A stretch of DNA of 64,000 bases from Haliotis rufescens (lineage: Eukaryota), in contig NW_025964383.1 of assembly GCF_023055435.1 (NCBI RefSeq), positions 7,254,001 to 7,318,000 of the forward strand. The letters are read 5' to 3'. A program made the translations under genes and the position numbers. Below, one piece after another: positions 27,893 to 40,600 of the stretch. The notes under the pieces were generated by a model. It searched no databases and was not told the origin of the DNA. It saw only the letters and a list, made by a program, of their open reading frames with translations. How positions within the stretch are numbered: the stretch's first letter is position 1; every line of letters begins with the position of its first letter.

Positions 27893-30800
27893 CTGTCGAC
27901 AGCAGGGGGCAGCACGTTAGTTTGGGGAGGTGTAAGGAAAGGTCACTTACATAATATACTTCTGCCTTACAGTATAAGCGTATAGTTTCAGCATTTAGAT
28001 GAAAATATATACTTCTGCCTTACGTATAGTTAGTTATAGTATAGTTTCAGCATGACAATATATACTTCTGCCTTACTGTATGAACGTATAGTTTCAGCAT
28101 TTAGATGACAATATATACTTCTGCCTTACTGTATGAATGTATAGTTTCAGCATTTAGATGACAACATATACTTCTGCCTTACTGTATGAACGTATAATTT
28201 CAGCATTTAGATGAAAATATATACTTCTGCCTTACGGTATGAACGTATAGTTTCAGCATTTAGATGAAAATATATACTTCTGCCTTACTGTTTGAACGTA
28301 TAGTTTCAGCACGTATTGTGACAATAGTCGTCACTGCCTTACTGTATAAATGAATAATTTTGAATACAATATATACGCACTGGTCTGACTAGTTGTTTCA
28401 ACTTACTTTCGATACATGATGACAGCAACCACCAGTGCTATGACGCTGGCCAGGAGCACCACGATGACAACAGCAGCCACCGTTCCAGGGGATAACCTCG
28501 ACGAAGCTGCAAACAGTTGCCGTGATGCTAAGGTTACTCGTGGACCAAGGACATGTATACAGGTATAATAAGTTGGCGTATTGGACGCCATAGTGACTTG
28601 TGACCAAGGGCATATATACAGGTATAATGAGTTGGCGTATTGGACGCCATAGTGACTTGTGACCAAGGACATGTATACAGGTATAATGAGTTGGCGTATT
28701 GGACGCCATAGTGACTTGTGACCAAGGACATATATACAGGTAAAATGAGTTGGAGTATTGGACGCCATAGTGACTTGTGACCAAGGACATGTATACAGGT
28801 ATAATAAGTTGGCGTATTGGACGCCATAGTGACTTGTGACCAAGGACATATATACAGGTATAATGAGTTGGCGTATTGGACGCCATAGTGACTTGTGACC
28901 AAGGACATGTATACAGGTATAATGAGTTGGCGTATTGGACGCCATAGTGACTTGTGACCAAGGACATATATACAGGTAAAATGAGTTGAAGTATTGGACG
29001 CCATAGTGACTTGTGACCAAGGACATGTATACAGGTAAAATGAGTTGAAGTATTGGACGCCATAGTGACTTGTGACCAAGGACATGTATACAGGTATAAT
29101 GAGTTGAAGTATTGGACGCTATAGTGACTTGTGACCAAGGACATGTATACATGTATACAGAGTTGAAGTATCGGATGCCATTGGGACCAAGGACGTGTTA
29201 AATGTTTTAGTTGCCATGGTGACTACAGAAAAAGGACATGCTTACTGGTAGAGAGTGTGGATGTACTAGTTGCCATGGTGACTAGATACCAAGGACAGGT
29301 TTACAACTAGTTGCCGTGGTGACTTGTGACGTTGGACATATGTATAGGTATTGGGGGTTGACTTATTGGATGCCAAGGTGGCTACTGACATAGGACATGG
29401 TAATGGATGTTGACTTACTGGTTTTCACTGGGGCTACCACATGAACCTCAAACTCCGTGGTGGGGTACTCACTCGTGGGTGTCACTGAAATATATACAGG
29501 GAACTGCTTTAACGAAGACGAGGATACATGTGGAGGTGTGATACACTTTTGCATATATTTGCCAACTGATTTTTTAAGAATTGTAATACTTTCAATATTA
29601 TTTTAGAGAGTCTGAGGTGTGGTGAAATGGGGTTTAACGTGTCTGAGTGTATGTGGCTGCTTGTACCAGTCTGAACTAAGATACCATCCCGCAGTTTAAC
29701 ATGAATACCCCACTCAGACACTGACTCCGAGCCGACAAGCCCTTGTTTTAGCCCTCAAATGCAGAGCGGCAGGCAGGGTTACAACAAGTACCAGCTTTTA
29801 ACGTTTTGGGGCATGACGCTGCCGCAGTTCGAACCCCGGGCACTCCGCTCTCCGGGCGGACGCTCTACAACTAGACAACAGAGGCAGTCTCAGAGGGCGT
29901 GAGTATGGTGGCCGAGAGGGTACATCGCTTTCTCGCATTCTCGCTTTCTCGCGGTATAGCAATATTCCCTCTCGCATGTGTTATGTGTTTCTATACGATA
30001 AAAAGTATATAAAACAACATTAATGAATTGTTAAACCTGACCTCAGAGATTACATTTCAAATTATACATATGGAGGGTATGTTAAAATTTTCTCACTATC
30101 TACTTAACATAACTTAACTGTACAGACGCAGATGATTTTATAACAATCCACGGATTTCTGCGTAAATAGTAATTGATTTATGTATTGCCCTACTTAGGAG
30201 TGTTATGCGATCCCCCGCCCCCAGGCCCAGGAATCAAACCAAACAGCAAATAACACCGCGTATTAGCACTGAGTAGTGTACTTCCTCAAAACAACACTTC
30301 ATATCAATATCAATGTTTATTCTGTTAGCGGAGTTGATGGGATCAAATTGCAAGTCCTCACCCCAGCAATGGTAACACTACCTGATGTCAATTATGTAAT
30401 TTCTATTGTTTGCATGACATATTGTTCTCAGTAACCGTATGTGGAAATAGATGGTTGTTTGGTTTTACATTCAAGTTGGTATTTCCGCTATTCAAAGTCT
30501 GAATTTAGGCTGTCTTATTAACAGTAATTTCTGAGACAAAAATGCAAGTTTATTTAATTAAGTCAACTCTCATTTTTTGCATTTATAATTGATTCTAAAG
30601 TTAATTTCAAGATTGACAGTACAAATACTGAACAACAAAAGTTCCTGTGACATTGGGGTGAGTGAGATGGGTTTAACGCTGCTTTTAACAGTATTCCAGT
30701 TATATCACGGCGTCCTGTGACATTGAATAAGATTTAATGCAAAGTTTGGGTTTTTTACCAAATCTGAAATAATTTCGGTTTGCAACAGATAAAAGACTCC

Positions 30801-33800
30801 GTCCGTGTTCAAATGGTTTAATTTGCCATACTGACTTCAGAAAATGCGTGATTTCATTAAAAAAAAAACATGAGTGAGTGAGTGAGTGAGTTGGGTTTAA
30901 CGCCGCTTTTAACATTATTCCAGTTATATCACGGCGTGTCAGCTTAATGTGGGAGGAAAGCCCGAAGTGATACAGGTCTCAGACGTTTACCACTTCGATG
31001 AAACCCACGAGCACGGGTATGGTGCTGACAAACCTAGAAACTAAAAAAAACAACACACATAAACATGCCAAAATGGCAATTTACAAATCAATAGCGTGTG
31101 TGTCCACCTCTGGTTGCGATGTAAGCAACACATCTTCGTCTCATGGAATGGACCAGACGTCGCACAATGTCCAGTGGGATATCTGTCCATATCTGCTGGA
31201 GCATGTTTCGAAGTTCCTGGAGTGTCTGTGGAACACGTGGTTGACGTCGAAGGCGCCGATCCATCTCATCCCACATGTGCTCGATTGGTGAGAGATCAGG
31301 GGAGCGAGCCGGCCAGGGGATGACATTCACGTTCTTTTGTTGAAGAGAATTCTGAACAAGTCGAGCAATATGAGGCGGGGCGTTGTCATGTTGAAAGGTA
31401 ATGCCTGGGCCATGACTACGCAGAAACGGTAGAACAACAGGGCTGATGATCTCGTCATGGTAGCGCTGTCCATTGATATTTCCCTCTACCACTATCAAAC
31501 AGGTCCTCTGTCTTGCTGTAATCCCACCCCATACCATAACACTGCCGCCCCCAAACCGATCTTCTTCCATGACACAATGATTGACGTAACGTTCACCTCG
31601 ACGTCGGTACACTCGAATCCGTCCATCGCTGTGGCTGAGGTGAAAACGAGACTCATCAGTGAATAGAACTTGTCCCCATTGCATGGCCGTCAAGCGTAGA
31701 CGGTGTCTGCACCACTGTAGACGTGCTTGACGGTGGTTTCCTGTCAAAATGGGACGTCTGGCGGTTCTTTTGGCGACAATCCCTGCACATCTGAGGCGGC
31801 GAGGTACGGTTTGTGAAGATATTCGTCGAGGGCCAGGGATGCTTCTTGCAGTCACTGTTGCTGGCTGGAATCGATTTCGTAGGTGTGTTGTTCGAATCCA
31901 GTTGTCTTGTCTTATTGGTTACGCGTGGCCTGCCACTCCGAGGATGGTCTCTGACTGCATTCGTCTGTTGCCAACGTTAGCATGAACACCAAATGGTGTT
32001 TCTGTGGACGTTAAATTGTCTTGCAACATCACGTTGACTCGATGCTGCTTCAAGCATACCAATGGCTCGCAGACGCTCATTTTCGGACAGGCGTGGCATT
32101 TCGTAATGTTGAATACTTGCTAATTTTGTTGTTTTTCTGAGTGGTTGTTGTCAGCACGATGCTAAACAATGCATATGGAATCCCGTTAACGCACATGTTT
32201 TATATCCATTCTTGGGTAGTGAAATGCATGGGGCTTGTATAGAAGTCAACTTTTGTATGGAATGCATGCTTTTCTGTAGCAGTTGCGTTTTTGTGACTTG
32301 ATTCCATACATGTACTACAATATTGAAAAACAACTTTACTTGTTTGAAAAAAATAAACTAAAATATTGGTGTCACAGGAACTTTTGTTGTTGAGTATACT
32401 ATTCAAAAGAAGTTAAAGAACACCCGATCCTTTCATATGACTATGGTTAGCCATGAGAGAAAGCGAGAAAGCATTAGACCGAGAAAGCGATATTTCCCAT
32501 AATGCCGTACATTAAAAGGGTTTTTGCTGATATTCAGTGACCCATTCCTATAATTCTCACCGCTATTTTGCCTCTTATAATTAGATTTTTAAAAACTCAC
32601 TTACATATATAATGCTATCTCGTTTAGTTTGTATACACGCATATGTTTATTTTCTTGTTGTGAAGTAAATAGCAAGATTCACAGACTACAACAGAATAGT
32701 CGATATTCATTTTGTTCATAATACCACCCCATTCTTCCATCAATCTTAAGCTGAAACTTTAAAGGATAAATTGAACTGGAACAAACAATTAATTTCATAT
32801 AGATAAAGATACATGTACATAATGCAGACAAACGTTTTACATGAACAAAGTTATGGTTCCCTTACAAAATACAGATCGATAAGATATGTGTCTCTACCTT
32901 AAGTCACATATACGACTTTTGAGAGCGTCATCAACCCGTAACCTCATTCATCGGACAATAGAAATGAAATGCGTTGTAAATATTATTTAAAAAACCGACT
33001 CGTTTCTTATAAGTCCTTTCGACAAAACCGTCTTCGGGAATTAAATTTAATGCTAAAGTGCTTGTAAAATAGAGTTTAACTTTCCTACACGGGGAGACTA
33101 GACATCCGATTATAGAATACACTCTCCAAAAAAAGAAACGCACAGGTAGACAGGAGCTCGATAGTCACATGTTGTCGTTGTACGAAGACTTTGAAAACTG
33201 TTCATTGTAATGTCACATAAGGCCACAAGGTAGCGCTGAACTCAGTATCTCGTGTGAGCGCCCCGGGAAGCAATCACGAATCTGCTTCTCCTTGGCACTG
33301 ACTGGATAAGCGTACGAATTCTGTCCTGCGAAATTCAGCGCCATTCTGCTTGTAACGCGTTGGCCAAATTTGGGAGTGTCTGCGGCGTGTTCTGACGTTG
33401 ACGTACACGTCGATCGAGTTCAACCCAGAGGTATTCCATTGGGTTGAGATATGGAGATCTCGATGGCCAGGGCAAGTCATTGATGTTGGCATTATGAAGG
33501 TAGTCTACCGTGACACAAGCTGTGTGCGGTGGAGTGTTGTCCTGTTCAAACAGCTCCCTCTGGCGGTCAATGATTGGAAGAAGGTAGCGATTTGCTGTCA
33601 AATTTCTCTGAAACACAACCAAGTCAGATCTCGTGGTGTAGGATATGGCCCACTAAACCATGACACTACCGCCACCGAAATTGTCGAATTCACGTACACA
33701 TTGTGGGGCAAAACGCTCATTTCGACGACGATAAACACTTTGTCTTTCATCTCGCCGGTGTAGAAGAAATCGTGATTCATCGCTAAACCACACTCGTCTC

Positions 33801-34540
33801 CAGTTTTTCACATTCCAAGGGTGAAAGGTATGGCACCAACGCAAGCGTCGTTGTCGATGGATCTGTTGCAATACAGGGACGATAACTGGTCTTCTTGGTC
33901 GGATTCCAGCCTCGCGAAGATGGTTCCTGACACTCTGGTCCGATATCCACCTCAAACCAGGGATGCGTCCTGTAGTCTCCATAGCTGTGCCATTGCGATG
34001 ACGTGGGTGGAACAGTCGAATGTAGTGATCCTGTGCAGGGGTGGTAACTCTTGGTCGGCCGGTTCTCGGACGCTCTGCAGTGGAATTGAACTCTGTGTAT
34101 CGGTCACAAAGGCGGCAAATGGTGCTGTGGTGGACGTTGAAGTGGCGTGCAACAGAAAACTGCGATTCCCCTCTTTTGATACGTCCTATGGCGATGTTCC
34201 GATCGGCAGAGCTGAGTCACGGCATTTGCGAACTTGAAATATGTTGACAATTAAATGAAAAGTTATTGGCTTATGCTTGCCTTTTTAAAGCCACTATCAC
34301 GAGTTACGAATGCTATAACTTGCACGTGCATTTTGCTTTACTGTTTTCCTCCATGACATTTTTGCAAATCGACAATGGCTGCGTTTTGACGTACCGTTTG
34401 TCGAATACCAGGCCACCAACATTTTCCAATAACATATATCCAATTTATATACTGGATATTTTGTGTAGTCAGGTTCAATGAACTACATACTTCCTGTGCG
34501 TTTCTTTTCTATCTTACCACATATATACACAGACAATGAG

Positions 34541-34601
<61 letters not shown>

Positions 34602-37600
34602 TACATACATAATTTTAACAAAACTATACATACAACTATACAAGTACACATATCAACTGTGGTAACGCCACAGCGATGGAGGCAGTGGGGTAACCTAGTG
34701 GTTAGAGCGTTTACTCGTCACGCCGAAGACCCAGTTCCATTCCCCACATGGGTACAATGTGTGAACCCCATTTCTGGTGTCCCCCGCCGTGATATTGCTG
34801 AATTAATGTTAAAAGCGACGTAAGACTATTCTCACTCCCTCACAGCGGTGTTTATCAAATTACTATATGCAAGTACATATACTTGTATATTTGCACAAGA
34901 CAAGAGACACAATACAAGTTGAAATACAATACAATACAATAGAAATCAAATTTCCAAAAGAATATTTACGGACAACAGTATGACACACTGTAACATCATA
35001 TACTACTGAAAACAAGTTATAGAACACCCACAATTATAAGATTGTATTTTGCAATACAATCAGCCATGACTAATTAACCGTAGTCTTCTTAACTTCTTTT
35101 GAAAAGATTATATTTATATTTTAACCTGATTTATTTAGAGCGTATGGCCATGATCCGCCATGCGTGATGGTCACATAAAACTAAATAGGGCCATAAATCA
35201 ATCAATTACATTTTACGCCGAAATCTGTGGATTGTTTTAAAATCACATACGGCTGAACAGTTAAATTATGTTTTACGTAAATTGTGAGAAAAGTTCAACA
35301 TTCCCTCCCAATTGAAACAGATAACACATGCGGCTCCTGCAGTGGCCGAGAGGGGATATAGTTTACCGCGAGAAAGCGATAAAGCGATAAAGCGAGAAAG
35401 CGATAAAGCGATAGAGCGAGAAAGCGATAGTGCGAGAAAGCGAAAAAGCGATGTCCCCTCTCGGCCACCATACCTGAGACACTTATGATCTCATGTTTAA
35501 ATCTGTGGCATGTTGTGCGCGGTCCATCACACTTCGTCGTGAAGATATCAGTGTCCACGAGAGGACCTCGACTTCAACATATGTAATCCTAAGCGATACA
35601 GCAAATTCATCGCGTGCTAAAGTACCTGTGCTAGAGCTCGGTGATGTAGATGTCGTGTGGGTTGATTTCGAGAGACCTGGAGACGCCGTTGGTATTACAC
35701 TTGTTACTGGAGATTTGGATGTTGGCGATGATGATAAACTCGTCACAGAAGATGGCGAAGACATCAACGTTGTGTGTATGGACGATGAAGTTCTAACTGT
35801 AGTTGTAGTTGTGACGGCGTTTGGCGAAGTTGTCGGTGTGGTCGTGAGTCGTGTTGTAGTAGGTGCTGGTGTCGTTTCTGTGCAGAGGGAGAATATAACA
35901 TACATGTTAACAATGTGCAGCTCGAGGTATCTAAAATAAGCCAAAATTATATCATATTATAATAATAAATAAAAGTTACAAAACCCTTGCCATATTCATC
36001 GATTTACGACTCCGACTATATCATGAGTATTCTATGTGTTTAGGAATCACTATCAAATAGTGATGATACCAGGTGTTCGCGAAAAGTTAAACCAAAAGTT
36101 GGATTTTTGAGAAATGAAAAATACAATACAATAATATTATTTTCACTAATACCCCTTAGGGTGTTGTGCTTATAGTGTGTTTTTTACATGATAATGTGAA
36201 TAATAAAGTCACACTGATATTACCTCGAATGCAGGTCCTCCGATCATCATTACGACGAAAGCCTTCCATGCAGGCACACGTGAACATGTTATGTGGGCGG
36301 GGCAGACACAGCTGCTGGCACTCTTTGAAGACACACACACTGTTGCCTGTCATGAATACACACAATAACGTCTTTATAGTCATCTAGTAGCTAGATCTAG
36401 CGGCCATTTACGTCATGCTGTACAGATTGGAAAGTGATACATATTCATTGGATATTCATGATAAAGGATGGCCAGAGGGAGAAATGCACGCAGTTTTGCA
36501 TGTGATTTCCTGCGACGTGCTCAAATGAATAATGTAAATAGTAACTTGTGCTTCTTCAAAGCGTCTCTTTATGTTTGTATACATTTCCTTTCATAAATTA
36601 CTATTTTGTGCATTTTTTGACATGACTTTACTTGCGTTTCCTTTGCGTTTGAGTATATACATTGTTACATCTCGCCAACGACCACAATTCACACATAGTA
36701 ACCTCTCGCTAACCACCACAGTACACACGTAGTAACCTCTCGCTAACCACCACAGTACACACATAGTAACCCCTCGCTAACCACCACAGTACACACATAG
36801 TAACCTCTCGCAAACCACCACAGTACACACATAGTAACCCCTCGCTAACCACCACAGTACACACATAGTAACCTCTCGCTAACCACCACAGTACACACAT
36901 AGTAACCTCACGCTAACCACCACAGTACACACATAGTAACCTCTCGCTAACCACCACAGTACACACATAGTAACCTCTCGCTAACCACCACAGTACACAC
37001 ATAGTAACCTCTCGCTAACCACCACAGTACACACATAGTAACCTCTCGCTAACCACCACAGTACACACATAGTAACCTCTCGCAAACCACCACAGTACAC
37101 ACATAGTAACCCCTCGCTAACCACCACAGTACACACATAGTAACCTCTCGCTAACCACCACAGTACACACATAGTAACCTCTCGCTAACCACCACAGTAC
37201 ACACATAGTAACCTCTCGCAAACCACCACAGTACACACATAGTAACCTCTCGCTAACCACCACAGTACACACATAGTAACCTCTCGCAAACCACCACAGT
37301 ACACACATAGTAACCTCTCGCTAACCACCACAGTACACACATGGTAACCTCTCGCCAACCACCACAGTACACACATAGTAACCTCTCGCTAACCACCACA
37401 GTACACACATAGTAACCTCTCGCAAACCACCACTGAACACACATAGTAACCTCTCGCTAACCACCACAGTACACACATAGTAACCTCTCGCAAACCACCA
37501 CAGTACACATATAGTAACCTCTCGCTAACCACCACAGTGCACACATAGCACCCTCTCGCTAACCACCACAGTTCACACATAGTAACCTCTCGCAAACCAC

Positions 37601-40600
37601 CACAGTACACACATAGTAACCTCACGCTAACCACCACAGTACACACATAGTAACCTCTCGCTAACCACCACAGTACACACATAGTAACCTCTCGCTAACC
37701 ACCACAGTACACACGTAGTAACCTCTCGCAAACCACCACAGTACACACATAGTAACCTCTCGCTAACCACCACAGTACACACGTAGTAACCTCTCGCTAA
37801 CCACCACAGTACACACATAGTAACCTCTCGCTAACCACCACAGTACACACATAGTAACCTCTCGCTAACCACCACAGTACACACGTAGTAACCTCTCGCT
37901 AACCACCACAGTACACACATAGTAACCTCTCGCAAACCACCACAGTACACACATAGTAACCTCTCGCTAACCACCACAGTACACACATGGTAACCTCTCG
38001 CCAACCACCACAGTACACACATAGTAACCTCTCGCTAACCACCACAGTACACACATAGTAACCTCTCGCAAACCACCACAGTACACACATAGTAACCTCT
38101 CGCTAACCACCACAGTACACACATAGTAACCTCTCGCTAACCACCACAGTGCACACATAGCACCCTCTCGCTAACCACCACAGTTCACACATAGTAACCT
38201 CTCGCAAACCACCACAGTACACACATAGTAACCTCACGCTAACCACCACAGTACACATATAGTAACCTCTCGCTAACCACCACAGTACACACATAGTAAC
38301 CTCTCGCAAACCACCACAGTACACACATTGTAACCTCTCGCTAACCACTTAAAGTTTGAAAGTTGGCATGTTGCCAGGAGTCTCACCTAGGACAACCTCC
38401 GTCCTGTTGAAGCCATAGATGCCGTACAGTTTGGTGAAGGAATCTGTGCCAAACTCCTCCAAGGCACCGCCGTCCTTGTGCATCCGGGATATGTAACTGT
38501 AAGTTCACAGTTGTTAGTAAACAGTTGTAATTAGTTCGCTAACTATTAGATAGGACAACTGGAAATAGAATTAAATAGTCACTAGATCGTGAAGTACAGC
38601 ACTGCAAGTTGGTCAATGACAGGGAAGACTACTCACGTTTTCTTCCAGTCTGTGAGGTAAAGGTAGTCGCCCATGATGGCGATTCCAAAATAGTGTGCCA
38701 CGTCCTCTTTAAGCATAACGCGTTGTCCGGTGCCATTCAGGAAGATCATGGACACTGTGTTATACTGTGCGTCCACCCAAAACAGGCGTCGACCTATTGC
38801 AAAGTTAAGCAGTGTCCATCAGAAGATTCATCTCAGTTGTAAATAGTGGAGCTGGAATTTGTGTCAGAAAGTCTTTTGTATCATACATAAACTTATCTCT
38901 ATACCATACGTGATCATACTGAGAGTTTCCTTATTAGTCTGGTTTGTTTTATACTTTAACAGGGACACTTGCCTTACTGTTTCACTTTTCTTAGTCGACA
39001 GGTATTTCATGATAATTCACTTGTTTTCATCGCAATATGGCTGCAATACTGCCGACGCGATGCAAAATTTTAACTCACTCACTCACTTAATGGATCCGTG
39101 TTGTATGGAATACAGCAGATATGTCCCTAAGGTAACTTCATCCATAATGTAACCGAACCTGAACCGGAATACTCGAAAGTGCCATACCTTGGCAATGTAT
39201 TCTTAACACGACTGGTCGGGTCCATTTTATCATTGAGCGAAACCTGTCAGGAAGACTAGACAACAAGTCTGCAAAGGATCTGATGTCGTGCCTTGTGCTG
39301 TAGTCGCGTTCTGCTCCATGTACCGTTCGTTGCCTATCTGGGGTACGTGTGTCCGTTTTAGGTCAGGGTATATTTCAGTATTCATAAAGATAGGTTCCTA
39401 AAGAAGTACTCCATTCGACAACGTCCCCTTCAAGGAAAATGAGGTTTACAAGTTCAATCTATGTAAATGTTGATCCTTAGGACCTACTCTTTCCGTCCAC
39501 TGCGAGACCATTCGGCCAGGAGTTCTTGTCCAGTATGACAAACTTGGTGCGGTCTGACCCATCCATGGATGCCCGCTCAATCCGGGGCTCTTTACCCCAA
39601 TCTGTCCAGTAGAATGTCCTGCAAGTAGAAGGGTAATGGTCAAGCCATCGACATTGGGTATCCCCAGACGGGTGTAGGACAGAAACCCTTGGGGACTTTG
39701 GTCACGAGATCGCGAGAAAATGAAATGTCGCATTCTCGCGTTCCCGCGATTTCGTGTTTTTGTGGCCTAATTTGACAAGTCGAGATTGCGAGATTTAACA
39801 TCATGTCCAAATGACCAAAATCTCGCGTTCTCGCGTTCTCGCGATCTCGCATTGTCGACTTTTGACAAAAAGTGCTATGTACCAAAAACTAGAGAATGCG
39901 AGATCGCGGGAACGCTAGATTTTGGTCAAATCTCGTCACGGTATTATTTTATTTATTTTTAAGAATTGGCATAAATCAATATAATTGGAGTAAGATCTGG
40001 TACTCCAATGTTGTTGTTTTTTTCTGTTAGCTGAACACTTCAAAGGAAAAACAAAAAACAAAAACAAAAACAGAAGTTGAAGTGGAACTGTAGGTACTGA
40101 CCCCTCCAGAGGAAGCAAAGCAATTGCCCTCGGCTCGTCCACAGCCTCAGTTATTAGAATTTTGCGGTGTGTGTAGTTGGTAAGGGAGACAACTCCGATC
40201 AGGTCATGTCCGGCATCGGTGAAGTATAGAAGTTTATTTATGTGGTCTACAGCCAGGCCGTCCACCACCGCACCTGCAACACGTCGTCAGCGGTCAGAAA
40301 GATACGTCTGTGTTGACGATACGGTATTCCAACAAGTAACTGCGGTTATGTTTTTATTTATATAATATTGTTATTATTTAGATACTGAAAACTCCTCCGA
40401 AGTTGGAACCCTATGCCAATTCCTAAATTGTACGTATTTTACTAAATTTGAAACAAATTCAATTCAATTATAACCCTTGAGAACAAGTTTAAATCAAACG
40501 AGGTACACTGTATACCAAACATGATGTCATGGCGGTGATAACAGTAATTTATACTGCGGCAGTTTCTAGAACCGGAGAGGATATGTATAGTCAAACTCTG

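Larger units (their letters stand above)
30626..32396 (-). mobile_element. Decayed Tc1 transposon with both TIRs, in intron Q-R
   Basis: TIR tactgaacaacaaaagttcctgtgaca / tgtcacaggaacttttgttgttgagta; contains two SINE insertions. Confidence 0.88.
29903..32510 (+). mobile_element. Non-autonomous DNA element with (tcgctttc)n subterminal repeats, hosting the nested Tc1
   Basis: Left end gtatggtggccgagagggtacatcgctttctcgc; inverted right-end-like gagaaagcgatatttcccataatgccgtac at 32481-32510. Confidence 0.5.

Noticed and set aside
35493-35939. Val-rich 148-aa plus-strand ORF
   Set aside because: Antisense shadow of the Thr/Ser-rich exon Q.
36670-38386. 34-bp array of intron O-P as junction-derived
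   Set aside because: It ends about 38 bp from the donor and the unit shows no convincing similarity to the junction.
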